Source: Bacillota bacterium (GTDB taxonomy: Bacteria; Sysuimicrobiota; Sysuimicrobiia; Sysuimicrobiales; Segetimicrobiaceae). Taken from it: a DNA stretch of 64,000 bases. The notes below the pieces were generated by a model, which was not told the DNA's origin, searched no databases, and saw only the letters and a list, made by a program, of their open reading frames with translations. Of this stretch, positions 1 to 9,120 are shown in pieces. The stretch is taken from positions 26,422-90,421 of the forward strand of contig JAJPJL010000128.1 of NCBI GenBank assembly GCA_021324255.1. Direction: 5' to 3'. The position numbers were made by a program, and so were the translations under genes. Within the stretch, counting starts at the first letter, position 1, and the number at the start of each line of letters is the position of its first letter.

Positions 1-768
1 GACGATGCGCCGCGGCTCCGGCCTGGCGAGGCAAACGTGCGTCGCGCCCGCGGCCGTGATGGCCCACACCCCGCCCCAGCCGTTCACATGGAACATCGGC
101 AACGTGTGCAAGTACACGTCGTCGAGCGTGAGCCGCGCATGGATCACGAGGTCGAGCGCGTTGAGGGCCGTGATGCGGTGGGTGAGCATCACGCCCTTCG
201 GACGGGCGGTGGTCCCGCTCGTGTAGTTGATGGTCGCCGGCGCGTCCTCGTCGACCCGATCGACGTCGTCGAGCACCCGGGCCGGATCGCCCTTCGCGGC
301 GCCGCCGATCAAGGACTCCGAGGCCGGCCATGGCACCCCCGCGACGGTGCGGTCGTCGAGGACGACGACGCGGTCCGCGACCGCGTCCGCCACGGGGCGA
401 GCGAGGTCCACCAACGCCGGGTCCACGAGCAGGAGCCTGGCCCCGGCGTGATCCAGGATGTAGCGATAGTCGTCCACGGTCAACCGGGTGTTGAGCGGGA
501 CGAGAATGCCCCCGGCCAGGGGCACGGCGTAATAGCACTCCAACGCCCGATGGGTGTTCCACGAGAGGAGCGCCGCACGGTCCCCGGGCCGGAGCCCGCC
601 TGCGCGCAGTCCCGCCGCCAACCCCGCGCAGCGCGCGGTGAACTGGCCGTAGGTCAGCTCGAGGTCGCCGTCGATGACCGCGACCCGGTGCCGATACACC
701 TCCGACGCCCTCCGAAAAAACTGCAGCGGCGAGAGCGGGACCCGGGGTATTGTCGCCGGCGCCTCCAT
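1..768 (-). CDS. acyl-CoA synthetase / AMP-dependent ligase (partial; C-terminus lies beyond window start)
   Basis: The minus strand reads MEAPATIPRVPLSPLQFFRRASEVYRHRVAVIDGDLELTYGQF...NYTSGTTARPKGVMLTHR...LPMFHVNGWG from the ATG at 768 and continues past position 1. The P-loop-like TSGTTGxPKG and HxNGW motifs of the ANL superfamily are present. The listed + strand ORF 37..894 is its antisense. Confidence 0.8.
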   Translation of the reverse strand, partial: MEAPATIPRVPLSPLQFFRRASEVYRHRVAVIDGDLELTYGQFTARCAGLAAGLRAGGLRPGDRAALLSWNTHRALECYYAVPLAGGILVPLNTRLTVDDYRYILDHAGARLLLVDPALVDLARPVADAVADRVVVLDDRTVAGVPWPASESLIGGAAKGDPARVLDDVDRVDEDAPATINYTSGTTARPKGVMLTHRITALNALDLVIHARLTLDDVYLHTLPMFHVNGWGGVWAITAAGATHVCLARPEPRRIV

Positions 769-1105
769 GATGGCTTTTGCTTACGGCGCGGCCCCGATAG
801 GACCCTCCGGACCGAGCCAGCGCCGCAAGACGACCCGCGAGAGCCCGGGTACCCGGGGGTTCGCCGCGGTTGCAACTGCCTTGCTGCCATCTGACTCCTT
901 CGTTCGAAGCAGGAATCACCTATCGAACGATCCAATAACCACGGTCGAAGCATCGACGCCTGCCTATCGCGATCGCCCGGGTTCCGACGTATGATGGCAT
1001 GTGCAACCTGGCGCGCGACGCACCGCACGAGCACCACGCGGGCTACGGCCGCTGCCGGGACACGATCGACCGCACCAGATCGACGCCGCAACGGAGGACG
1101 AAACC

Positions 1106-1762
1106 ATGGGTATTCGGGTCGTGCTTGCGAACGCGCAGCCGGTGATGTTGGAGGGCCTCAAAGCGGTGTTCCGGGCCGAACCCGACATCGAGGTGATGGG
1201 TGAGGCGGCCACCGGTGCAGACGCGCTCGCGTGCGCGACGGCGCTCCGGCCGGATGTGTTGGTCATGGACATCAAATTCGAACGAGACGATGATGCGGCC
1301 CCGCTCATTCGAAGCATCAAGGAGCAGCTCCCCGACACGCAGGTGCTCGTGTTCACCGCGCACGCCGACGTCGAACTGCTCCAGAAAGCGGCGCGGGCCG
1401 GCGCCGCCGGATACGTGAACTACGACATCTCCGCCGTCAACCTTGCGCGCGCGGTGCGCGCCGTGCACGGCGGCGCGACGATGATCAATCCCCGTCTGGC
1501 GCGCCGCCTGCTGGCGGACATGGACGGCGGGGCGAACGGCGCCGCGGGATGGGCCGCCCTCCACCGGCTCACCGGACGTGAGCTCGAGGTGTTGGTGGAA
1601 CTGGGCCGCGGCCTGGGGGACAAGGAGATCGCGGAAAAGCTGTACGTGTCGCAAACCACGATCAAGGCGCACCTCCGCGCCGTGTATCGCAAGCTGCGGG
1701 TTCGCAATCGCGTCCAGGCTGTCGCGTTCGTCGCGAACCGCGGCCTGCTCAAGACCTCCTAG
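1106..1762 (+). CDS. LuxR/NarL-family response regulator (receiver + HTH); receiver lacks the usual acidic pair
   Basis: The internal ATG at 1106 follows GGAGGACGAAACC. The receiver domain has a phospho-acceptor Asp (LVMDIKF) and a C-terminal LuxR HTH (LTGRELEVLVELGRGLGDKEIAEKLYVSQTTIKAHL). The N-terminus reads VVLANAQP where VDDHP is usual. Confidence 0.85.
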   Translation: MGIRVVLANAQPVMLEGLKAVFRAEPDIEVMGEAATGADALACATALRPDVLVMDIKFERDDDAAPLIRSIKEQLPDTQVLVFTAHADVELLQKAARAGAAGYVNYDISAVNLARAVRAVHGGATMINPRLARRLLADMDGGANGAAGWAALHRLTGRELEVLVELGRGLGDKEIAEKLYVSQTTIKAHLRAVYRKLRVRNRVQAVAFVANRGLLKTS

Positions 1763-1966
1763 CGGACCGCTCCCCTGATGTGACGGCACCTCGCGCGGCT
1801 GCCGGCGCGCCGCGCGGACCATCTTGCGGCGCACCCGGCCTGCCGCTCGGGACACCGCACGCCCCCAGCAAACCGTGCGAGACGGGGAAAGAGGTATACG
1901 AGCGGCCCCGGTGCCCGATGAGGCGCGGAATAGCGGCTGCGAGATCAACGTGGAGGCGACGAGACG

Positions 1967-3592
1967 ATGCTCGCGCCGGTCTTCGGAATCATCCCGCTGC
2001 TGATCTACGAGATCCTCGCCGGCGTCCTGGCGGGGGCTGTGGGGCTCTCGCTCATTTCGAGCTCGGGGTTGAAGCCGGTGGCCAAGAAGGCGATCCCGAG
2101 CGTCGGCATCGTCCTCGCGGATCGTCCCGCCGGACCGTCGTCCGGAACGACCTTCGTGGTGGACAAGACTACCGCCGTCACGGCATACCATATCGTGGCC
2201 GGGGCGTCGCAGCTGCGCGTGAAATTCCAAAAATCCCCATGGTTGCAGCCGACGGTGCTCGCGGTCGACCCAGGCAGCGACCTCGCCGTCCTGGGTATCG
2301 GCGATAGCACGGTGCCGCCGCTGCCGCCGGGCGACGTCTCGTCGGTGCGACCGGGCGACCACGTGCTGACGTTCAGCTTCCCCTCGGCCGCGGCGGCGGC
2401 GAAGCGCTCCCAGAATCCGGACAGGGAAGCGCCGGCGATGGTGGTTCAGGAGGGCACGGTAACGGCCATCCACGACGGTGTGCTCTTGTTCCGACCACAC
2501 AAGCCGCTCGAGACCGACGGCGGACCGGTCCTCAACGACAAGGGTCAGGTGATCGGCGTCGCACGGGCGGGTCTCGCCGGCAGCGCTCCAGGTATCGCCT
2601 CCGCCCTGCCGGCGGACGCGATCAAGCCGGTGCTGGCCGAGGCGCAGCGGCGCGACACGGCGCTCAGCGAGCCGCCGGGGCCATCGTCCCCGCAACCATC
2701 CGGTACACCTCCGCCGACGCAAGCCCCGCCGCAGCCGCAGATACCGCCGCCGGCCCCGCAGCCGCAGGCGCCACCGCCGCGCGAGCCGCAGGTGCCGGTG
2801 CCGGCGCAGCCGCAGGGGCTACCGCAGTCACCGCAGCCGCCCCCGCCGCAGACGCCGCCCGCGCCCTCGCAGAGTCCGCCGCCGCAGCAGCATCTCCTGG
2901 CGCCGTCCGGGCCGCCCCCCTCATTCCAGGTCATCAATCCGGCATCGCCGGCCGCGGAGTCGCAGTCTGGCCCGCAACAGCCGTCGCAGCCGCAACCCGC
3001 CCCGCGGCCCTCACAATCGCAATCCGCGCCGCAGCAACCGGCGCGGTCGCAAGGGCCGCCACCCCCGCAGAAGCCTCCGGCGCAGACGCAGCCGCAGGCA
3101 CCGAAGCCCGCGGCGCCGCCACCCCAGCGGCCCGCGCCGGCCCCGGCAAAACCGGCCACGGCCGGCGGCTTCCAGGTGGTGCCGGGCAATCGCATCGGCG
3201 CGGCGAGGCTCGGCATGCGCGTGGCCGATATTCAAGCCGTGCTCGGTCCGCCGGCCTCAACGACCCGGCAGAACGACGGCACCGTGGAACTCCACTGGTA
3301 TAAGCCGCCGAAGAACGACGGCATCGGCGTGCGGGTGACGAAGGCCGGGACGATCGACCGCATTTGGGCGGTCAACGACCCGCGGTTCGTAACCGACAAG
3401 AATCTGCACGTGGGAAGCACGGAGGCGGACGTGCGTGCGGCGCTGGGACCGCCGTCCAACGTGATCGTGGACGACGCGAACAAAAACAAGATCCTGTACT
3501 ATAAGTCGCTCGGGCTGTGGTTTTTCATCCAGCTCGACAGCCGGTTGCTCTACTACAACCAGGTCTATGAGATCGGGGTGCTCGGACGGTAG
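1967..3592 (+). CDS. membrane-anchored trypsin-like (S1/HtrA-like fold) protease homolog with PQ-rich linker and C-terminal domain; catalytic Ser apparently substituted
   Basis: RBS GGAGGCGACGAGACG precedes the ATG. An N-terminal TM helix is present (LAPVFGIIPLLIYEILAGVLAGAVGL). The His motif (TAYHIV) and Asp motif (GSDLAVLGI) are present, but the GxSGGP position reads ETDGGP (Ser to Asp). A roughly 150-aa PQ-rich linker is followed by a roughly 130-aa C-terminal domain. Confidence 0.75.
   Translation: MLAPVFGIIPLLIYEILAGVLAGAVGLSLISSSGLKPVAKKAIPSVGIVLADRPAGPSSGTTFVVDKTTAVTAYHIVAGASQLRVKFQKSPWLQPTVLAVDPGSDLAVLGIGDSTVPPLPPGDVSSVRPGDHVLTFSFPSAAAAAKRSQNPDREAPAMVVQEGTVTAIHDGVLLFRPHKPLETDGGPVLNDKGQVIGVARAGLAGSAPGIASALPADAIKPVLAEAQRRDTALSEPPGPSSPQPSGTPPPTQAPPQPQIPPPAPQPQAPPPREPQVPVPAQPQGLPQSPQPPPPQTPPAPSQSPPPQQHLLAPSGPPPSFQVINPASPAAESQSGPQQPSQPQPAPRPSQSQSAPQQPARSQGPPPPQKPPAQTQPQAPKPAAPPPQRPAPAPAKPATAGGFQVVPGNRIGAARLGMRVADIQAVLGPPASTTRQNDGTVELHWYKPPKNDGIGVRVTKAGTIDRIWAVNDPRFVTDKNLHVGSTEADVRAALGPPSNVIVDDANKNKILYYKSLGLWFFIQLDSRLLYYNQVYEIGVLGR
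2690..3170 (+). repeat. low-complexity Pro/Gln/Ala-rich linker (PQPQ/PPPQ iterations) inside protease-homolog gene
   Basis: The translation reads PPQPQIPPPAPQPQAPPPREPQVPVPAQPQGLPQSPQPPPPQTPP...; the GC-rich imperfect repeats also generate spurious Cys/Gly-rich antisense ORFs. Confidence 0.6.
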
Positions 3593-3815
3593 CGGCGGCC
3601 CACGACCTCCGGGGTGAGCACCGCGCCGCGCGGCGGCCACAGACCGGGAGCATCGCCACAACGATCGAGCGCGCTCCGCCAAACGATCCGATGACCGAGC
3701 GCCGGGTCGCGAGACAGCCATCCGATCCGCAGTTTCGTTCTCCCGACAGTGTTGGCGTCGCGCACGGGGGGAATATGCTGGATAGCGGTTCACGCGAGGG
3801 CGGAGGCGTTCCGGT

Positions 3816-4037
3816 ATGACGGCACAGAAGTACAGGATCACGGTGGAGTTCGAGGCGGTATCCCGGGCCGACCACTGTGACATCACGACGATGGTGTCGG
3901 ACGTCATCAAAGACGCGGTGCGCATGTACGGTCCAGACCTGCTGGACGCCAAGGTGGTGAGCATCATGCTGGACGGCCATCACCCGCTCACCGACACCCC
4001 CGCATCGTCCGTCCAGGACATCCCCCAGCATCACTGA
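3816..4037 (+). CDS. hypothetical small protein (73 aa)
   Basis: GAGGGCGGAGG lies upstream of the ATG. Third-position GC is about 85%, consistent with coding. No recognisable domain. Confidence 0.45.
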   Translation: MTAQKYRITVEFEAVSRADHCDITTMVSDVIKDAVRMYGPDLLDAKVVSIMLDGHHPLTDTPASSVQDIPQHH

Positions 4038-4231
4038 GTCCGGCCGGCCCGGATTCCGCCGCACACCCGAAGCAGACGCCGGCCCGCACCGGCGTCCGGC
4101 CGGCGTGCCCTCGACCGGCGAGGAAGAACCCGATCGGCATCAAAATGCTAAGCTGGAGGAGCGCCGTGGGCGCGCGCCGCACGCGGGGGGTAAACGTCCG
4201 TCGGGCCACGCGGGACCGACGGTAGAGGTGG

Positions 4232-5344
4232 ATGATGCGCCGGCCACTGGTCGCGGCCTTGATCTGTCTCGTGGCGGGGACGCCTGCCGCGGCCCAACGC
4301 CCGGACCCGGCCGACTTGCTCAAGGCCATGACCGTCCAGATCCGGGTCGACAATGCGTCCCGGCACCGGGAGGCTCTCTGCCAGGGCTTCGTGGCCGGAG
4401 TCGACGGCGACGCGGCGTTTGTCGTGACGGCGAAGCACTGCATCGATGATCTCGCGACCACGCCCATCGCGCAGGCGCAGTCGCTCGACCAGCTGGGCGT
4501 CACGATCGACGTGACGTACGCGGGCGGCACCGGCGGGGACGTGATCCAGCTCGCCGGGGCCGAAAATTCCGATGTTGTGGTCCTGCGCGTCGCGTACACG
4601 GAGCGGCCCGTCGCGTTCGCCGACTGCGGCGACTGCCGGGTGTACCGTAGCTTCGGAAGCAACCAGCAGATTCCCGTTCTCTCGATGCTGTCGGCCGGGG
4701 GCGGGCCGCCCGTCGTGTCGTCGGGCCTCCTCTTGTCTGACCGGGCCGGGCAGTACACGGTGGTGCTTCCGAGCTCCCCGGGAACGAGCGGGTCCGCGGT
4801 GATCGACACGGACGGCAACCTGGTGGGGATGGTCGTGAGCGTGGCCGCGGTGCGCGGCGCGGTCGCGGGATCGGTGTCCGGCGTGGTGCCCGCCGGCGAC
4901 ATCGAAGACCTGCTCGCCTACGCCGTGTCACAGCTCGGCGGCGGGTCCGGGGCGGCTCCGACCCCGCCGCCGGCCGCACCCCCCACGCCGCCCGCGCTCG
5001 CGCCGAGCGCGGCTCGCACCTGGTCCGGAGAGTGGGCGAGCCGGCAGGGCGCCACTCGTGGATCGTTTACGGCGTCGCTCTCGCAGCGCGGCCCCACGGT
5101 GATCGGGAGCGCCACGTTCGGCGGCACCGCGTGCTATCCCAACCTACAGCTCCTCGGCTCGGCCGGCGCCGCGGCCGGCGGCGGGGCAACAACGTACTCC
5201 CTGACCGGATACAGCGACGGCGTCGCCCGCCTGAGCCTTGCGCTGACGGTGGCGGGCAACCATCTGACCGGCACATACACGGCGCTCCAGTCCGGCACGT
5301 CGTGTGACGGCGACAACGGCGTGGTGTCCGGAGCGGCGGAATAG
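4232..5344 (+). CDS. secreted trypsin-like serine protease (S1 family)
   Basis: Signal peptide MMRRPLVAALICLVAGTPAAAQ. All three triad motifs are present: TAKHCI (His), NSDVVVL (Asp) and GTSGSAV (Ser). The C-terminus is Gly/Thr-rich. Confidence 0.8.
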   Translation: MMRRPLVAALICLVAGTPAAAQRPDPADLLKAMTVQIRVDNASRHREALCQGFVAGVDGDAAFVVTAKHCIDDLATTPIAQAQSLDQLGVTIDVTYAGGTGGDVIQLAGAENSDVVVLRVAYTERPVAFADCGDCRVYRSFGSNQQIPVLSMLSAGGGPPVVSSGLLLSDRAGQYTVVLPSSPGTSGSAVIDTDGNLVGMVVSVAAVRGAVAGSVSGVVPAGDIEDLLAYAVSQLGGGSGAAPTPPPAAPPTPPALAPSAARTWSGEWASRQGATRGSFTASLSQRGPTVIGSATFGGTACYPNLQLLGSAGAAAGGGATTYSLTGYSDGVARLSLALTVAGNHLTGTYTALQSGTSCDGDNGVVSGAAE

Positions 5345-5444
5345 CGCGCCGGCCCGGAGACGCTCGATCCGACCGCCGATCGCCGGCCCGCGCACGCGGC
5401 AACAGGGACATGCGCCATGGAGGAGTGCACGGCGATTCCGGAGC

Positions 5445-7049
5445 ATGCCGCTGCCCCAGACCCCCGATGACGCGCAGGAAGCGCCGGCGGTGAGTACTCG
5501 ACGCCGGCGCCGTCTGACGCGCTGGCTCGTAGCATCCGCCCTTGCGGCGATCCTGGCGCTCGCCGCGCCGCCGCCCCGGATGGAGCCGCTCGCCTCGGCG
5601 GCGGGCGCTCCGGCGCCCGCGGGCGCGCTCGCCGCGCCCCACCCGGCCGTCACCACCCACTCGATCACGGTCAGGGACACGGTCGTACGGTACACCGCCA
5701 CCGCGGGCGAGGAGCCGTTGACGGACCGCGCGGGCAAGCCCGAGGCCGCCGTCTTCTTCGTCGCCTACGTGAGGCAGGACGCCGCGGACCCCTCGAGGCG
5801 TCCGATCACGTTTGCCTTCAACGGCGGGCCCGGCGCGGCGTCCGTGCTGCTGCACCTCGGCGCGCTCGGGCCCAAGCGGGTGCCGTTGCTGGACCACGGC
5901 GTGCCGCCCACCCCGTCGACCCGCTGGAGCGACAACCCGTACACGTGGCTCACGTTTACGGACCTGGTCTTCGTCGACGCGGTAGGAACGGGGTACAGCC
6001 GCGCGGCGGCTGGCGTGCCGGACTCCACGTTCTTCCAGCCCGACGGCGACGCCCGGTCGTTCGCGCAATTCATTCAGCGGTACATCGCCGAAACGCACCG
6101 GCAAGCGTCGCCCGTGTTTCTCGCGGGCGAGAGCTACGGCGGGACGCGCGCGATCCTCCTCGCGCGGCTCCTGCACGACGCGGGCATCGACGTCAGCGGG
6201 CTGATCCTGATCTCGCCGGTCGTGGATTTCGCAACGCTGAACTCCCAGTACCGCAACCCGGGCCGGAGCATGGATCTGGCGTACGCCCTCGACGTGCCGA
6301 CGTATGCCGCGACCGCCTGGTACCACAAGAAGCTCGGCCCGGAGTTTCCGGATCTCGCCGCCGCCGTGCACGCGGCCGAGCGCTGGGCGGTGACCGAGTA
6401 TCTGCCCGCTCTGGTTCAGGGCGACGCGCTCCCGGCGCCGGCGCAGGAGCGGATCGCCCAGGCGCTGTCGCAATACACCGGCATCGGCGAGGCGGTGCTC
6501 CGCGCGCAACGCCTCCGCCTGCTCCCGACCGCGTTCAGGCGGGAATTGCTGTCCGATCAGCACCTCCAAATCAGCGCGTTGGACGGACGGATCGCCGTTG
6601 ATCCGCGCGCCGCTCACGCCGCGAGCACGACCGGGCTCATGACGCCGCTCGCGGCGATCTTCGAGCGGTACGCAAGCACGGAACTGGGTTACGCACGCCC
6701 AGATCGATACCAGGCCCTGTCCGAGCGGGTCGAGCGCGATTGGACGTGGGGCGTCCGCGGGCCGGCTGATGTCCTCGACGTCACGGGAGATCTGCGCGAC
6801 GCGATGCAGCAGAACCCGGCGATGAAAGTGCTCGTCGCGCTGGGCTACTTCGACCTCACGGTCCCGTACTACGGCACGGAATACGCGCTCAACCGGCTCG
6901 CGCTCGCGCCGGCGCTGGCGGACAATGTGATCCGCCGGTACTACGAGAGCGGGCACATGCTGTACACATCACAGGCGTCGCTGGAGAAGTTTACGGGCGA
7001 CGCGGCGGCCCTGATCGCGAGCGCGACCGCGCCGGCGCACCATCCGTAG
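5445..7049 (+). CDS. S10-family serine carboxypeptidase-like protein (secreted/membrane-anchored)
   Basis: The ATG at 5445 follows GGAG. An N-terminal RRRRLTRWLVASALAAILALAAPPP signal/anchor is present. The GESYGG nucleophile motif and a C-terminal YYESGHMLY His motif are typical of peptidase S10. Confidence 0.75.
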   Translation: MPLPQTPDDAQEAPAVSTRRRRRLTRWLVASALAAILALAAPPPRMEPLASAAGAPAPAGALAAPHPAVTTHSITVRDTVVRYTATAGEEPLTDRAGKPEAAVFFVAYVRQDAADPSRRPITFAFNGGPGAASVLLHLGALGPKRVPLLDHGVPPTPSTRWSDNPYTWLTFTDLVFVDAVGTGYSRAAAGVPDSTFFQPDGDARSFAQFIQRYIAETHRQASPVFLAGESYGGTRAILLARLLHDAGIDVSGLILISPVVDFATLNSQYRNPGRSMDLAYALDVPTYAATAWYHKKLGPEFPDLAAAVHAAERWAVTEYLPALVQGDALPAPAQERIAQALSQYTGIGEAVLRAQRLRLLPTAFRRELLSDQHLQISALDGRIAVDPRAAHAASTTGLMTPLAAIFERYASTELGYARPDRYQALSERVERDWTWGVRGPADVLDVTGDLRDAMQQNPAMKVLVALGYFDLTVPYYGTEYALNRLALAPALADNVIRRYYESGHMLYTSQASLEKFTGDAAALIASATAPAHHP

Positions 7050-7075
7050 GGCCCCTGGGCTCGCGCGTCCGACAA

Positions 7076-7103
7076 CCGGAGGCGGTCGCTCGACCCGCCT
7101 CCG
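7076..7103. terminator. hairpin between convergent genes (putative bidirectional terminator)
   Basis: GGAGGCGG-tcgctcgac-CCGCCTCC forms an 8-bp GC stem located between the 7049 stop (+) and the 7131 stop (-). Confidence 0.4.
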
Positions 7104-7130
7104 CCGCGACGGCCCGGACGCACCGCGGCG

Positions 7131-7643
7131 TTAAAACTTGAAGGTCGGCGGGATGGACGGAAGCCCCGGGGTCGGTCCGCTCGGCCCGTTTTGCTCCGGG
7201 AACCCCGGAATCTGTGGCCCCTGATATGGCTGCATGAAGAAGAACTCGGGATTGCCGCCGTTCGGCGGCATCGGCCCGGGACTCAACTGGTAGAGTCGTC
7301 CCTGATAGAAGAACAGCACCTTGCCGTTGCAATCCTGACCGCCCCCGCCGGACGACGGCTGCTGCGCTCCAGGAATGTTGCCGCCGAGGCCCGGCGATGG
7401 CTGTCCCGGACCGATGCTGTTGCCGTTGTGCGGAACGGGGATGGGCACGAAGTCCTTGGGGAGCGCACCCGCCTGCCCCTGGTCCTGCACCGGCCGGACC
7501 GCGAGGATCACGGGGGGAGCGTCCCGGCCGGCCGTCGCGCCGGCCGTGCGAGCGGCCTGGGTCATGCCGATAACAACCGCGGCCGACGCCAACGCGCCCG
7601 CGGCGAAGCCGAGGCCCAGCAGCTTGAGCGATCGACCATCCAT
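7131..7643 (-). CDS. secreted Gly/Pro-rich hypothetical protein
   Basis: Start MDGRSLKLLGLGFAAGALASAAVVIG (signal peptide) follows AGGAGGTCGTGTACG. The mature part is a G/P/Q-rich low-complexity region ending FKF. Confidence 0.6.
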   Translation of the reverse strand: MDGRSLKLLGLGFAAGALASAAVVIGMTQAARTAGATAGRDAPPVILAVRPVQDQGQAGALPKDFVPIPVPHNGNSIGPGQPSPGLGGNIPGAQQPSSGGGGQDCNGKVLFFYQGRLYQLSPGPMPPNGGNPEFFFMQPYQGPQIPGFPEQNGPSGPTPGLPSIPPTFKF

Positions 7644-7806
7644 CGTACACGACCTCCTTGGCCAACACCGGCGAAGGATCGGCTCCGCTCTCCCACTCAA
7701 CGCGGTATCGCCCGGTTCGACGTAAATACGCCGCCCCGCCGTCTACCATAGTATGTTACCATGCCCGCGGCCCGGTAACCGGAATCATCGCGCGATGCGC
7801 GCGCCG

Positions 7807-8409
7807 TCAATGGACCTGGTACGAGACCAGCTCCTGCCTGAACCCCCGCACGGCCGGCACCCAATAGGACGTGTTGCCCACGACCAGCTTGATCACGTAC
7901 TTGACCTGGGGCGCGTACCACAGCGTGAAGGTTCCGCACCCGCCGTCCGTGACGTTGCAGTGGCGCCCGTCGATGCGCACCGCCTGGAACGTGCCGGCCG
8001 GCACGGTCACCGACTCCAGGGCCGCCGCGTGCGCGGTGCCCTGCCACGTCACCCGGCGGTTGTTGAGCGTTCCGGTGACGACATAGGTCCACGTTCGCCC
8101 CGGCGTCATCGGCCATTGAAAGCGGAACCAATCCGCGTTCCGGAGCGACAGATCCGGGCCGACCTGAATCGTCGTGTCGCGCCCGCGCGCGTGCACCTGC
8201 ACCGTGTAGGAGCTGCCCTGGACGCCGACGACCCGGAATGAGACATCGGGGCCGTCCGAGTTGTGCCATGTCCATTCATCCCCGACCGCCCACTTGGGCG
8301 GATCGACGAGTCCGCTCTGCCGGGCAAAATAGGTCCGCGCATACGCCACCAGCCCGAGCAGAATGAGGACGCCGAGCACGATGAACAGCGAACCGCGTGT
8401 CCGCCGCAC
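7807..8409 (-). CDS. signal-anchored hypothetical protein
   Basis: An N-terminal TM helix (LFIVLGVLILLGLVAY) is followed by a roughly 170-aa Trp-rich extracytoplasmic domain. It lies on the same strand upstream of the 7643 gene. Confidence 0.6.
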   Translation of the reverse strand: MRRTRGSLFIVLGVLILLGLVAYARTYFARQSGLVDPPKWAVGDEWTWHNSDGPDVSFRVVGVQGSSYTVQVHARGRDTTIQVGPDLSLRNADWFRFQWPMTPGRTWTYVVTGTLNNRRVTWQGTAHAAALESVTVPAGTFQAVRIDGRHCNVTDGGCGTFTLWYAPQVKYVIKLVVGNTSYWVPAVRGFRQELVSYQVH

Positions 8410-8601
8410 GATTCGAAGTCACCTCCCTGATTTCTGCCGTTGCTACGATCCCCCGTTTCCCGACCGCGCTAACAGCCGCGCGCAGCGACGCCGTGAGGCC
8501 GCGCGCCGCTCAGGGAAAGCACCTAATGGACGGCCGCGGCGCACGCGCCGCCGCGGCCACACCGCGGCCGGCAGCGTCGATCCGACGAACAGGAGGACGT
8601 C

Positions 8602-9093
8602 ATGGAATCCGAACAGATCCAGCGATTGGAGGCCCGGCTGTCAGCGGTCGAACGCCGGTTCAAGCTCGTCCTCATCGGCGGCGCGCTGAGCACAGCGCTG
8701 GCGCTCGTGATCGGGATCGCCGCCGTCCGGGGCGAGTCGCAACCGGCGGCGCTCGTCGCACGGTCGTTGGACCTTGTCGATAACGCCGGGCAGCCGCGTC
8801 TGTCGCTTGCCGTGAGCACAGCCGGGACGCCGCAAATCGACTTCCATGACGCGCAGCGCCGCCTCCGGATGACGCTCGGGGTGGCCGCCGCGGGCACGCC
8901 GTACGTCGAGCTGATGGATCCCGCGGACACCGTGCGGCTGGCCATGAGCGAGACGAACGCGGAAGGCGACCCGATCATCGCGTTTGGCGATGCGCAGAAG
9001 CACGCGCGGCTGACGCTGGAGATGGATTCGGACGGTAGCGCCCACGTCCGAGCCTTCAACGCCGCCGGTGTCAGGATCCTGTCGGCTCCGTGA
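8602..9093 (+). CDS. hypothetical membrane protein (N-terminal coiled-coil + TM)
   Basis: RBS AGGAGGACGTC precedes the ATG. The N-terminus (ESEQIQRLEARLSAVERRFK) looks coiled-coil and is followed by a TM helix (LVLIGGALSTALALVIGIAAV). Confidence 0.6.
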   Translation: MESEQIQRLEARLSAVERRFKLVLIGGALSTALALVIGIAAVRGESQPAALVARSLDLVDNAGQPRLSLAVSTAGTPQIDFHDAQRRLRMTLGVAAAGTPYVELMDPADTVRLAMSETNAEGDPIIAFGDAQKHARLTLEMDSDGSAHVRAFNAAGVRILSAP

Positions 9094-9120
9094 GACCTGC
9101 GGCCAGGGCGGCTCCCGGCG

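Noticed and set aside
1043-2722. 559-aa minus-strand ORF
   Set aside because: It is antisense to the LuxR regulator and protease-homolog genes.
2545-3260. Cys/Gly-rich and Ala-rich minus-strand ORFs over the protease linker
   Set aside because: These are the reverse-complement reading of the PQ-rich CCG/CAG repeats. They have no start context and are not independent genes.
5067-6956. 629-aa minus-strand ORF
   Set aside because: It is antisense to the S10 peptidase gene, which has clear GESYGG/GHM motifs. The ORF is Arg-rich and low-complexity.
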